Counted from the first letter of the stretch, positions 54,656-63,660 are shown. The stretch is 64,000 bases of DNA from an uncultured Chloroflexia bacterium (GCA_963782015.1 CAWAHY010000003.1:72499-136498); one strand, 5' to 3'. Numbers and translations are program-made. The notes: a model not told the origin generated them from the sequence alone.

Positions 54656-54664
54656 TGTTACCAT
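54656..54664 (+). promoter_or_regulatory. extended -10-like element TGtTACCAT, 10 nt upstream of ATG 54675
   Basis: gccTGtTACCATcgtccgcaccATG. Confidence 0.3.
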
Positions 54665-54674
54665 CGTCCGCACC

Positions 54675-56888
54675 ATGGACCTGGCACGCCTCAGGGCGGC
54701 CCCGGCCGCCGTGGCGAAGCGCATCCGCAATGCCGAGCCAGCGGCCAGCACGCCCACCATCGAGTCAGTCGTCGCTGAAGCGCGGCGCCATCGGCCGAGT
54801 GTCAACGTCGGCCTGATCGAGCGCGCCCACCAGGTCGCCGCCGCGGCCCACGAGGGGCAGCTGCGGGCCTCCGGCGAGCCGTACATCACCCATCCGGTGG
54901 CGGTCGCGTTCGAGCTGGCGAAGCTCCAGATGGACGCCGAGAGCATCGCCGCCGCCCTCCTCCACGACGTGCCGGAGGACACCGACACGACGATCCCGGA
55001 CCTCGAGAAGCGCTTCGGGCGCGAGGTCGGAAAGCTGGTCGACGGGGTCACCAAGCTCTCCAAGTTCGGGTCGGCGCGGTCCATGGAGGAGCAGCAGGCG
55101 GAGAACATCCGGAAGATGTTCCTGGCCATGGCCGAGGACGTGCGGGTGGTCATCATCAAGCTCGCCGACCGGCTCCACAACATGCGCACCCTGGGCGCCC
55201 TGCCGCCCGACAAGCAGGTCCGCATCGCCCGCCAGACGATGGAGATCTACGCCCCGCTGGCGCATCGGCTGGGGATCTGGCAGTGGAAGTGGGAGCTCGA
55301 GGACCTCTCGTTCAAGTACACCGAGCCGGAGCAGTTCCGCAAGCTGGTGGCGATGCTCGCCGACCGGCGCAAGGAGCGCGAGTCGTTCATCAACAAGAGC
55401 ATCACCATCCTGCGCAAGGAGCTGGCCAAGGTCGGGATCGAGGCGGAGATCAGCGGCCGGCCCAAGCACCTCTACTCCATCTCCCGCAAGATGGAGCGCA
55501 AGGGCGCCGAGTTCAGCGAGATCTACGACCTGCACGCGGTGCGCCTGATCGTCGACGAGGTGAAGGACACGTACGCCGCGCTGGGCGTGGTGCACTCCCT
55601 CTGGCGACCGATCCCCGGGCAGTTCGACGACTACATCGCCATGCCCAAGGCCAACCTGTACCAGAGCCTGCACACCGCGGTGATCGGGCCCGATGCCAAG
55701 CCGCTCGAGGTCCAGATCCGGACCCGCGCCATGCACGAGGTGGCGGAGGCGGGGATCGCCGCGCACTGGCGCTACAAGGAGGGCTCGCGCGGCGACCGCC
55801 GCTACGACGAGAAGCTCGCCTGGGTGCGGCAGCTGATCGAGTGGCAGCGCGAGGTCGTGGACGCCACCGAGTTCGTGGAGGGGCTCAAGCTCGACCTCTT
55901 CCAGGACCAGGTCTTCGTCTTCACCCCCAAGGGCGACGTCAAGGACCTGCCCAACGGCGCGACGCCGCTCGACTTCGCCTACCGGATCCATACCGATGTC
56001 GGCCATCGCACGATCGGCTCCAAGGTCAACAACCGGCTGGTGCCGCTCGACTACCGGCTGCACAACGGCGACATCGTCGAGATCATCACCACCAAGGCCG
56101 CCCACGGGCCGTCGCGCGACTGGATGAACATCGTCCGCACCAACCAGGCCCGCGAGAAGATCCGCGCCTGGTTCAAGCACCAGCAGCGCGACGAGAACAT
56201 CGCCCAGGGCAAGGAGATCCTCGACCGCGAGCTGCGCCGCCTGGCCCACGAGACGCTGGTCAGCATCGACGCCGACAAGCTGATGGAGCTGGCGACGCAG
56301 GCGCACTTCAAGGAGCTCGACGACTTCTACGCCGCCATCGGCTACGGGGCCGTCTCGCCGGCGAGCGTGGTCGGCAAGCTCGAGATCCACGACGACGCGG
56401 CGATCGCGCTGCCCGAGGTGGCGCCGCCATCGGCCACGCCGTCGGCCAGCGGGATCCGGGTCAAGGGCGTGGGCGACCTGCTGGTGCGCTTCGCGAAGTG
56501 CTGCTCACCGATCCCGGGCGACCCGATCACCGGCTACGTCACCCGCGGCAAGGGCGTGACCGTGCACCGCTCCAACTGTCGCTCGGTGCTCTCGGAGCGG
56601 GACATCGAGCGGCTGATCGACGTGGACTGGGACTCGGTCGACCTGCAGACCTACCCGATCACGGTCCGCATCCTGGCGGTCGACCGGGCCGGGCTGCTCA
56701 ACGAGATCACGACCGTGGTGGCCGAGGACAAGGTCAACATCGTGGCCGCCTCGATTGGCACGCACCCGGACGGCACTGCCACGATCAGCGCCACGCTGAA
56801 GGTGACGTCGCTGCAGCAGCTTTCCAAGGTGCTGACTCGCATCGAGCGCGTGCGCGACGTGACCAGCGTCACCCGCGAGGCGAGGTAG
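54675..56888 (+). CDS. rel: bifunctional (p)ppGpp synthetase/hydrolase, RelA/SpoT homolog
   Basis: HD hydrolase domain (HPVAVA...LLHDVPEDT), synthetase domain (GRPKHLYSISRKM, AVRLIV, YQSLHT), TGS (VFVFTPKGDVKDLPNGATPLDFAY) and C-terminal ACT. Start ATG 54675, or upstream at 54630 (track). Confidence 0.93.
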   Translation: MDLARLRAAPAAVAKRIRNAEPAASTPTIESVVAEARRHRPSVNVGLIERAHQVAAAAHEGQLRASGEPYITHPVAVAFELAKLQMDAESIAAALLHDVPEDTDTTIPDLEKRFGREVGKLVDGVTKLSKFGSARSMEEQQAENIRKMFLAMAEDVRVVIIKLADRLHNMRTLGALPPDKQVRIARQTMEIYAPLAHRLGIWQWKWELEDLSFKYTEPEQFRKLVAMLADRRKERESFINKSITILRKELAKVGIEAEISGRPKHLYSISRKMERKGAEFSEIYDLHAVRLIVDEVKDTYAALGVVHSLWRPIPGQFDDYIAMPKANLYQSLHTAVIGPDAKPLEVQIRTRAMHEVAEAGIAAHWRYKEGSRGDRRYDEKLAWVRQLIEWQREVVDATEFVEGLKLDLFQDQVFVFTPKGDVKDLPNGATPLDFAYRIHTDVGHRTIGSKVNNRLVPLDYRLHNGDIVEIITTKAAHGPSRDWMNIVRTNQAREKIRAWFKHQQRDENIAQGKEILDRELRRLAHETLVSIDADKLMELATQAHFKELDDFYAAIGYGAVSPASVVGKLEIHDDAAIALPEVAPPSATPSASGIRVKGVGDLLVRFAKCCSPIPGDPITGYVTRGKGVTVHRSNCRSVLSERDIERLIDVDWDSVDLQTYPITVRILAVDRAGLLNEITTVVAEDKVNIVAASIGTHPDGTATISATLKVTSLQQLSKVLTRIERVRDVTSVTREAR

Positions 56889-56891
56889 CGC

Positions 56892-58496
56892 TCAGCGCTG
56901 GTCGCATGCACACGGCTCACCCCGTTCGTCTTGATCGCCCTGATCTGGGGGGGCACAGCCCCGGGTGAGGAGATCTGGGTGGTGCATTCGGGCGAATTCG
57001 TCACCGCGAGCTGGACTGAGACGATCGGAGCGATGCCGGCGTCGCGCGCCATCGAGATTGCGCGCGAAGCAGCGGAGGTGGAGGGCGCGCACTGACCTCG
57101 GGACGCTCATCCATATCCAACCGGGCCGCCGGGACGTGAGCTTGGGCGACAGTCGCGGGGCGTGAGATGGTGGCTCCTCGCGCGCCACGGTCTTCGTGGA
57201 CGCGTCAGCGGCAGATCGTCGCCGCGAGCCACGAGGGGCCATACGGTTCGGGCGCACCTCACGAGTCGCCAGGTGGGCCGGACCCGCGGCGGAGCGCCGG
57301 TTCCCGCGCTGGAGCAGCAGCACCACCAGCGTCACCGCGGTCGCGATGAGCGTCAGCGAGATCCAGATCCGGGCCTCCGGCAGGGTGACCAGGTCTTCCA
57401 GCCACGGCCACGTGATTGACACCGTGGATCCTCCCCGTCGGAGCGTCTCCAGCAGCGCATAGAGCATCGAGGCGCCAAAACCGGCCGCCAGCAGCAGGTA
57501 GGCCACGAGGACCCGCCAGTTGGCCGCGGCGAGTGGTGCCAGGACGGCCATGGCCGGGAAGAGGTAGCGCTCGTGCACCCGGGTCGGCAGGAAATAGAAC
57601 GCGAAGATCACGAACAGGCCGACCGCCAGGACGGTCGCCAGGTCCTGGCGACGCCGCAGCGGCAGCAGCGCGGTTGCGAGGCCGATCACCAACAGCGCGC
57701 CCCCGACGTACAGCAGATCCCCATCGGGGACCTTGTAGCCGTGGAAGAGCCCCCAGATGTTGGCGGCGTTCGCCGACGACATCTGCTTGAAGTTCCCCGA
57801 TTCGATCACCTGTTGCACGAACGTCACCGGATCCAGGCGCAGTGGCACCGCGACCAGCAGGTAGGCGGCGACCCCGCCGAGGAGCCCGCGGACCAGCGGC
57901 ATCGGCGATCGGGTGGCGCGCCAGCGCAGGACCGCCACGGTCACCACCGGCAGCACGACCAGCCCGAACTGCGGCTTGATCATGCCCGCCACCACCGTGA
58001 AGGCACCGGCCCAGCCGAGGCGACCGGCCGCCAGTGCCAGCAGCGCGGCCAGCAGGGCGAGCGTCCCCGCGGCGTCAACCTGGCCCCACACCGGGCCGGC
58101 GAGCAGGACGCCGGGGTTGAACAGGTAGAGCGCCGGCGCGATCAGCGCCCGTCCGCGGCCGACCAGCCGGGTCGCGATGAGGTAGACGACCACCGCCACG
58201 GCCAGGTCGAATGGGATCGAGATGCCCTTGATGGCGCGTGCCTGGTCGGCGCCGTCGAGGAGCGCCCCGATCGGCCAGTAGGCGTAGAGCAGCGCCGGGT
58301 AGATCGAGCCGTCGTGGTCGAAGAAGCCCCAGGGGCCATAGGCCGCCAGGCTGTCGGCCCAGCGGCCGATGACGATCGCATCGCCCGGATGTCCCCTGGC
58401 GTCGAGGACCGCCAGCCGGATCGCGAGCCCAATGGCGAGCAGCACGGCGAGCCCCGCCCACGCGGCGACGGTTCGAGCCCGATCGGTCCTGAACAC
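56892..58496 (-). CDS. GT-C-fold integral membrane glycosyltransferase (DUF2029/GT87- or ArnT-like); 3' ~135 codons doubtful
   Basis: 534-aa ORF, GTG start. About 10-12 TM helices, with the family-like region ...IPFDLAVAVVVYLIA...LYLFNPGVLLAGPVWGQVDA...AGMIKPQFG... After the last helix (~57300) the ORF continues as Arg-rich low-complexity sequence without codon-position GC bias, so the true stop is probably earlier or was lost. Confidence 0.7.
   Translation of the reverse strand: MFRTDRARTVAAWAGLAVLLAIGLAIRLAVLDARGHPGDAIVIGRWADSLAAYGPWGFFDHDGSIYPALLYAYWPIGALLDGADQARAIKGISIPFDLAVAVVVYLIATRLVGRGRALIAPALYLFNPGVLLAGPVWGQVDAAGTLALLAALLALAAGRLGWAGAFTVVAGMIKPQFGLVVLPVVTVAVLRWRATRSPMPLVRGLLGGVAAYLLVAVPLRLDPVTFVQQVIESGNFKQMSSANAANIWGLFHGYKVPDGDLLYVGGALLVIGLATALLPLRRRQDLATVLAVGLFVIFAFYFLPTRVHERYLFPAMAVLAPLAAANWRVLVAYLLLAAGFGASMLYALLETLRRGGSTVSITWPWLEDLVTLPEARIWISLTLIATAVTLVVLLLQRGNRRSAAGPAHLATREVRPNRMAPRGSRRRSAADASTKTVAREEPPSHAPRLSPKLTSRRPGWIWMSVPRSVRALHLRCFARNLDGARRRHRSDRLSPARGDEFARMHHPDLLTRGCAPPDQGDQDERGEPCACDQR
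56931..57095 (+). CDS. possible small ORF (54 aa, TTG start), below the ORF-track length cutoff
   Basis: Frame open from 56889 to TGA 57093-57095 (...LIALIWGGTAPGEEIWVVHSGEFVTASWTETIGAMPASRAIEIAREAAEVEGAH*). I counted G/C at 45 of 54 third positions, against 35 of 54 for the third positions of the overlapping minus-strand ORF frame. No family recognised. Confidence 0.3.
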   Translation: MIALIWGGTAPGEEIWVVHSGEFVTASWTETIGAMPASRAIEIAREAAEVEGAH

Positions 58497-58543
58497 CGGC
58501 TCAGGCTAGCGCAGCCGGGCCGGTTCGCGACACACGCCACGGG

Positions 58544-58549
58544 TAGACT
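58544..58549 (+). promoter_or_regulatory. -10-like hexamer TAGACT, 6 nt upstream of hisS ATG
   Basis: cgggTAGACTcccggcATG, with no SD in the gap. Confidence 0.4.
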
Positions 58550-58555
58550 CCCGGC

Positions 58556-59809
58556 ATGTCCCGCACGATCTCCGCGCCGCGCGGCACGCGCGACCTGCTC
58601 CCCGAGGATGGCGCCGCCTGGAGCCGGGTCGAGGGGATCGCTCGCGACCTGAGCGCGCGCTACGCGTTCGACCGGATCGAGACGCCGCTCTTCGAGCGGA
58701 TCGAGCTCTTCAGCCGCGGGCTGGGGGAGTCGTCCGACGCCGTCGAGAAGGAGATGTTCCGGGTCAGCGGCGCGGCCGGCAGCGAGGAGGAGCGCGCCGA
58801 GTGGGCGCTGCGCCCCGAGCCGACGGCAGGGATCGTGCGCGCCTACCTCGAGCACGGCATGCACGTGCGCCCCGGACCGCAACGACTCTGGATGATCGGG
58901 CCGATGTTCCGCTACGACCGCCCGCAGGCCGGTCGCTACCGCCAGTTCGTGCAGTGGGACGTCGAGGCGATCGGCGATCCAGGACCGATGGTCGACGCCG
59001 AGATCATCGAGCTCGGCCAGCGCTTCTACGCCGAATGCGGGGTGAGCGACGTGGTGGCCTACGTCAACTCGATCGGCGACGCGACGTGCCGTCCCGCCTA
59101 CCGCGCCGCCCTGGTGGACTACTTCAGCCCCCACGAGAAGCGGCTCTGCCACGACTCGCAGCGACGGCTGCGGGTCAACCCGCTGCGCGTCCTCGACGAC
59201 AGGGAGCTGGACGCCGAGCTCGCCGCCGGCGCGCCGCGTGCGCTCGACCACCTGTGCGACGCCTGTCGCGCGCACTTCGAGGCGGTGCGGGCGCTGCTCG
59301 ACGACCTCGGCGTGCGCTACGAGGTCGACCATCGGCTGGTGCGCGGCCTCGATTACTACACCCGCACCACCTTCGAGTACTACGTGGCCGCTCGCCGCGG
59401 ACAGCAGCAGGCGCTCGGCGGCGGCGGCCGCTACGACGGCCTGGCGGAGCTGCTCGGCGGCCATCCGACGCCGGGGATCGGCTTCGGGATCGGGATCGAC
59501 CGGACCGTCCTGGCCGCCGCGGAGCAGGGAACTGCAGCGCCGGCCGTCGCCCCGCTGATCGCCGTCGTCTCCGCCGACGAGGCTCTCGCGCCGCGTCTGC
59601 GAGCGGCGGGAACGCTGCGCGGAGCGGGTCTGCACGTTCGAGCTGACGGAACCGCTCGCAAGCTCGGCAAGCAGCTCGAGTCCGCCGCGAAGCTCGGCGC
59701 GCGCTACGCCGTGATCGTCGGCGAGGGCGCCACGGTGGTGCTCCGTGACCTGGAGGCCAGCGAGCAGCGCGAGCTGCCGCTCACCGAGGTCGCCGCCGCC
59801 ATCGGCTGA
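58556..59809 (+). CDS. hisS: histidine--tRNA ligase
   Basis: 417 aa. Class II motifs: PRGTRDLLP, FRYDRPQAGRYRQFVQWD, GGGRYDGL. C-terminal anticodon-binding domain. Confidence 0.95.
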   Translation: MSRTISAPRGTRDLLPEDGAAWSRVEGIARDLSARYAFDRIETPLFERIELFSRGLGESSDAVEKEMFRVSGAAGSEEERAEWALRPEPTAGIVRAYLEHGMHVRPGPQRLWMIGPMFRYDRPQAGRYRQFVQWDVEAIGDPGPMVDAEIIELGQRFYAECGVSDVVAYVNSIGDATCRPAYRAALVDYFSPHEKRLCHDSQRRLRVNPLRVLDDRELDAELAAGAPRALDHLCDACRAHFEAVRALLDDLGVRYEVDHRLVRGLDYYTRTTFEYYVAARRGQQQALGGGGRYDGLAELLGGHPTPGIGFGIGIDRTVLAAAEQGTAAPAVAPLIAVVSADEALAPRLRAAGTLRGAGLHVRADGTARKLGKQLESAAKLGARYAVIVGEGATVVLRDLEASEQRELPLTEVAAAIG

Positions 59810-59822
59810 GGCTGCCGTCGGC

Positions 59823-59828
59823 TACCAT
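59823..59828 (+). promoter_or_regulatory. -10-like hexamer TACCAT, 7 nt upstream of aspS ATG
   Basis: ggcTACCATccggagcATG. The GGAG is only 1 nt from the ATG, too close for an SD. Confidence 0.35.
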
Positions 59829-59835
59829 CCGGAGC

Positions 59836-61617
59836 ATGGGCCAGGCCTTCCGGAGCCACACCTGCGGCGAGCTGCGCGCCTCCCACGTGGGGGAGCGGGT
59901 GACGCTGTCGGGCTGGGTGCATCGGCGCCGCGACCACGGCCACCTCACCTTCTTCGACCTGCGCGACCGCTACGGCATCACCCAGGTGGTCACCAACGCC
60001 GATGAGGCCGCCGCGGCCCACGCAGCCGCCGAGCCGGCGCGCAACGAGTGGGTGGTGCAGGCGTCGGGCGTGGTGCGCCATCGGCCCGAGGGCACGACCA
60101 ACGCCGAGCTGGCGACCGGTGAGGTCGAGGTGGCGGTCGATGCCTTCACGGTCCTCAACCCGAGCAAGGTGCCGCCCTTCTATGTCAACGAGGAGCAGCC
60201 GGGGCTCGACGAGTCGATCCGGCTGGAGTACCGCTACGTGGACCTGCGGCGGCCGGCGATGCAGGCCCGCCTCCTGCTGCGCGCCGCGCTGACGGGGGCC
60301 ACCCGGCGGGCGATGGAGTCGGACGGCTTCGTGGACATCGAGACGCCGACCCTGATCCGCAGCACGCCGGAGGGGGCGCGCGACTTCGTCGTCCCCTCGC
60401 GCCTCCAGCCGGGCCGCTTCTACGCCCTGCCGCAGAGCCCCCAGCAGCTCAAGCAGCTGCTGATGGTCGCCGGCTACGACCGCTACTACCAGCTCGCGCG
60501 CTGCTATCGCGACGAGGACCTGCGCGGCGACCGGCAGCTGGAGTTCACGCAGCTCGACCTCGAGATGAGCTTCGTGGATGAGACCGATGTGATGGATGCG
60601 GTCGAGCGGGCCGTGGTGCGGGTCACGCGCGAGGTGGTTCCCACCCGGCCGATGCTCGCCGAGCCCTTCCCGCGACTCACCTACGCGGAGGCCATGGCCC
60701 GATACGGCTCCGACAAGCCCGACATCCGTTTTGCGATGGAGCTGGTCGACCTTTCCCCGGCGGTGGCGGGAGTCGACTTCCGGGTCTTCGCCGATGCGAT
60801 CGCCGCCGGCGGAACGGTGGGCGCGGTCGTCGCAGCGGGCTGCGGCGATTGGTCGCGCAAGCAGCTCGACGACCTGACCGAGCTGGCCCGGGGCCGCGGC
60901 GCGGGCGGGCTCGTGCACCTCTCGGTCGCGGCCGACGGAGCGCTCCATGGTCCGGCGGCCAAGTTCCTGGACGCCGCCGTGTCAGCGCGCGTCGTCAGCG
61001 CGACCGGCGCGAAGCCCGGCGACCTGGTGCTGGTGGTGGCCGATGCGAAGGCGGATCGGGCGCAGGAGGTGCTGGGGCACCTGCGGCTGGAGCTGGGCAC
61101 GCGGCTGGGCCTGCGCACGCCCGGCGTGCTGGCCTACGTCTGGGTCCATCGCTTCCCGATGTTCAGCTGGGACGAGGCGGGTCAGCGCTGGGACGCGACC
61201 CACAACCCGTTTAGCGCCCCGGTCTGGGAGGAGGCCGACCGCATGGAGGCGGATCCCGGTGCAATCCGCGCCCAGCAGTACGACCTCGCGCTCAACGGCT
61301 GGGAGCTGGGCGGGGGATCGGTGCGAATCCACCGCCGCGACCTGCTGGAGCGCGCCTTCGCCCTGATGGGACACAGCGTCGAGGGGATGCGCGACCAGTT
61401 CGGCGCGCTGCTCGACGCGCTCGAGTACGGGGCGCCGCCGCACGGGGGGATCGCGATCGGGATCGACCGCTGGGCCGCGCTCCTCGCCGACCAGGAGAAC
61501 ATCCGCGAGGTGACCGCCTTCCCGAAGACGCAGGCGGGGAGCGACCTGATGATGCACGCCCCGGCCCCCATCGCCCCGCAGCAGCTCGCCGACCTGTCGC
61601 TGCGGGTCGAGGAGTAA
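59836..61617 (+). CDS. aspS: aspartate--tRNA ligase (bacterial type)
   Basis: 593 aa. OB-fold N-domain (GWVHRRRDHGHLTFFDLRDRYG), QSPQQLKQLLMVAGYDRYYQLARCYRDEDLR, FTQLDLEMSF, the GAD insertion, GGGSVRIH, GIAIGIDR. Confidence 0.95.
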   Translation: MGQAFRSHTCGELRASHVGERVTLSGWVHRRRDHGHLTFFDLRDRYGITQVVTNADEAAAAHAAAEPARNEWVVQASGVVRHRPEGTTNAELATGEVEVAVDAFTVLNPSKVPPFYVNEEQPGLDESIRLEYRYVDLRRPAMQARLLLRAALTGATRRAMESDGFVDIETPTLIRSTPEGARDFVVPSRLQPGRFYALPQSPQQLKQLLMVAGYDRYYQLARCYRDEDLRGDRQLEFTQLDLEMSFVDETDVMDAVERAVVRVTREVVPTRPMLAEPFPRLTYAEAMARYGSDKPDIRFAMELVDLSPAVAGVDFRVFADAIAAGGTVGAVVAAGCGDWSRKQLDDLTELARGRGAGGLVHLSVAADGALHGPAAKFLDAAVSARVVSATGAKPGDLVLVVADAKADRAQEVLGHLRLELGTRLGLRTPGVLAYVWVHRFPMFSWDEAGQRWDATHNPFSAPVWEEADRMEADPGAIRAQQYDLALNGWELGGGSVRIHRRDLLERAFALMGHSVEGMRDQFGALLDALEYGAPPHGGIAIGIDRWAALLADQENIREVTAFPKTQAGSDLMMHAPAPIAPQQLADLSLRVEE

Positions 61618-61622
61618 GGAAA

Positions 61623-61645
61623 GGCCGAGGCGCGTCGCCTCGGCC
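61623..61645. terminator. bidirectional intrinsic terminator hairpin between convergent aspS and the YbjN-like gene
   Basis: GGCCGAGGCG-cgt-CGCCTCGGCC is a perfect 10-bp stem. It is followed by TT on the plus strand and by TTTCCTTA on the minus strand. Confidence 0.65.
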
Positions 61646-61672
61646 TTCGGTACGGTCTGCAGAGCGGGAGGG

Positions 61673-62101
61673 TCAGTTGAGGATCTGCTCGGTGTTGACT
61701 CCGGGGACGGCCAGGACCACCGCGCGGAAGCGTCGGGTCTCTGACACGATGTCCTCGGCGGTCATGCCCGACTCGATGTCGAGGTCGTGGTCGAGCCAGA
61801 GAACCGGGGTCGCGATGGCGGCCGGGCACGACGCCCGCAGCATCACCAGGCCGTCATTGATCCGGTTGCAGAGCTCGAGCACCTGCTGTCGCGTGGTGCC
61901 CGGCCTGGTGCCGAACAGCGCGTAGAGGCGAAGGATCTTCTTCTCCACTTCGACCTTGACGAAGACCTTCATCCCATCCATCTCGAGCTTCAGGTCCCCA
62001 TCGCTCCCGATCTCGGCCGGCATGTAGGCCTGCTTGTAGACCTCCAGCAGCTTCGGGATCGTGAGCTCCTCCCTCGTGATCACCTCGAGAACGGCAGTCA
62101 T
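61673..62101 (-). CDS. YbjN-family (type III secretion chaperone-like fold) protein
   Basis: 142 aa from ATG 62101 (AAAGGTGG 7 nt upstream) within track ORF 61673..62464. The pattern ...DGDLKLEMDGMKVFVKVEVEKKILRLYALF...QVLELCNRINDGLVMLRA...LWLDHDLDIESGMTAEDIVSETRRF is typical of YbjN-like proteins. Lower-GC, natural composition. Confidence 0.65.
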   Translation of the reverse strand: MTAVLEVITREELTIPKLLEVYKQAYMPAEIGSDGDLKLEMDGMKVFVKVEVEKKILRLYALFGTRPGTTRQQVLELCNRINDGLVMLRASCPAAIATPVLWLDHDLDIESGMTAEDIVSETRRFRAVVLAVPGVNTEQILN

Positions 62102-62348
62102 CGCAACCACCTTTCCGATGGCCATCAGTTGCGCGAAGTCGCCAGCGGCATCGGACACGGGGCCATCACGCGACTCGCGGAGCACGACAATCTGTACCCA
62201 GCGAACCATCACAGTTGACCGGCGACGATGGGAAGTGCCTTCGGTCACAACCCGTCGGGGCGAACGGCAGGCGAGCGGAACCGATGACCAATGGCACTGG
62301 CGACCGCTGCCGGGCCCGCCCACTCTGCGCCGAAGGAGGTTCCGAGCC

Positions 62349-62561
62349 ATGACCGACGCTGCCGCCGTTGAATGGCCTACCTGTGCGCACTGCGGCGCTC
62401 CCGTGACGAGCACGGCAGAGCGAGCCTCAGCCGACGTCCGAACGCTCTCCCACATCCGGACCACGCACTGTCTCTACTGCTTCAACCTGGCGATCTGCGG
62501 CGCGGCGTGCGAGACGTGCGGCCACATCCCCGGCGGCGCGCCGTGCGAGATGGAGCGCTAG
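62349..62561 (+). CDS. small Cys-rich (zinc-ribbon-like) protein, 70 aa
   Basis: ATG 62349 is preceded by GAAGGAGG (62331-62338). It has 9 Cys, including CAHC, CLYC, C..AC and CETC. I counted G/C at 59 of 70 third positions. It is the 3' part of track ORF 62061..62561. Confidence 0.5.
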   Translation: MTDAAAVEWPTCAHCGAPVTSTAERASADVRTLSHIRTTHCLYCFNLAICGAACETCGHIPGGAPCEMER

Positions 62562-62612
62562 CGCCGAGCTGACTCCGGGCGCCCGCCAGGCTCCGGTCAG
62601 CGTCAGCGGCAG

Positions 62613-63635
62613 CTAGCGGCGAAACAGGCCGCGCAAGGCGGCGAACCCGATCGACGCCAGCGCGATGACCAGGACGATCGCAAGGATGACGGGCGGTTCG
62701 ATCCCGAACCAGTAGCCTCCGGACTGCGGCTCGGCGCTGGGGACCGCCGACGCCGTGGGCGTCGGCACCGGGGTGGGCGATGGGGTCGGGCTGGGTGATG
62801 GCGTCGGGCTGGGCGATGGTGTCGGTGTCGCGGTCGGAATGGCCTCACCCGTGATCGGATCGACCATCGTGAAGTTGGTCCAGAGGTACTCCCGAATCGT
62901 GAGCCCGGAGTCGTGGACGCGCGCGGCCATCTCTCGCCCGAGGTAGCGCCAATGCCAGGGTTCGTAGTGGAAGCAGGTGACCTGCGAGAAGAGCGCGCCG
63001 CCCTCGCCCCTCGGGTAGCTCAGGACCCATCCGTAGTTCCAGGCGTTCTCCGCCATCCACGCTCCTGCCGGAGTGGTGGCCCAGTCGCCATCCAGCGCGC
63101 TGCCGCCACCCTTCGTCATGAAGTCGATCGTCAGGCCCAGCTGATGCTCCGAATGACCGGGTCGCTGTGAGTAGGTGATCGCGTCGTCGTAGCCGTCCAC
63201 GTTGACCCACCCGTTGAAGCTGGCGACCTGCTCTGCGTAGCTGCGGTAGGGGCTGTTGACCTGGATCGGCGTGCCCGCCGCCGCCGCGGCGTCGGCCAGG
63301 GCTCGCAGATCGTCGATCGCCACCTGGCGGATCAGGCCGGGGCCGGCGATGCCCGCCTCGCTCACCGGCACGAGATCCGGTGGCACGTAGTCCTCCCCCA
63401 CGGTCAGCAGCCAGTCCACGAGCGTGGTGCTCCAGCTGTCGTAGTCGTACGGAACCGTCTGGATCTCGGCGAGGCGGCATTCCGGGAGTGGTCCGACCGC
63501 GGCGACGGGGGCCGGGGCATCGGCCGGGACACCGAGGAGCGCTGCACCGAGCACAAGCCCGGCTGCGAGCGCGCGGAGTGTGCGGAGGGGGCGCGCTGCG
63601 CCGAGGGGAGAGGAGGCGTCGTCGAATGTCCGCAT
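62613..63635 (-). CDS. M15-family D-alanyl-D-alanine carboxypeptidase (VanY-like) with Pro/Thr/Ser linker and C-terminal membrane anchor
   Basis: 340 aa. Signal peptide. Catalytic blocks SPYRSYAEQ, PGHSEHQLGLTIDF, EPWHWRY. Then TPTPSPSPTPSPSPTPSPTPVPTPT and a hydrophobic helix ending RGLFRR. Confidence 0.85.
   Translation of the reverse strand: MRTFDDASSPLGAARPLRTLRALAAGLVLGAALLGVPADAPAPVAAVGPLPECRLAEIQTVPYDYDSWSTTLVDWLLTVGEDYVPPDLVPVSEAGIAGPGLIRQVAIDDLRALADAAAAAGTPIQVNSPYRSYAEQVASFNGWVNVDGYDDAITYSQRPGHSEHQLGLTIDFMTKGGGSALDGDWATTPAGAWMAENAWNYGWVLSYPRGEGGALFSQVTCFHYEPWHWRYLGREMAARVHDSGLTIREYLWTNFTMVDPITGEAIPTATPTPSPSPTPSPSPTPSPTPVPTPTASAVPSAEPQSGGYWFGIEPPVILAIVLVIALASIGFAALRGLFRR
62775..62828. 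repeat. three tandem 18-nt units inside the peptidase gene (encode the PSPTPS linker)
   Basis: The units are GGGCGATGGGGTCGGGCT, GGGTGATGGCGTCGGGCT and GGGCGATGGTGTCGGTGT. They are in frame and code for SPTPSP on the minus strand. Confidence 0.8.
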
Positions 63636-63660
63636 GGCGTCTGCGGGCTACGATAGCGCC

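Noticed and set aside
62775-62828. Tandem 18-nt repeats as a possible CRISPR array or non-coding VNTR
   Set aside because: There are only three contiguous units with no spacers. They are in frame inside the M15 peptidase gene, where they encode the SPTPSP linker.
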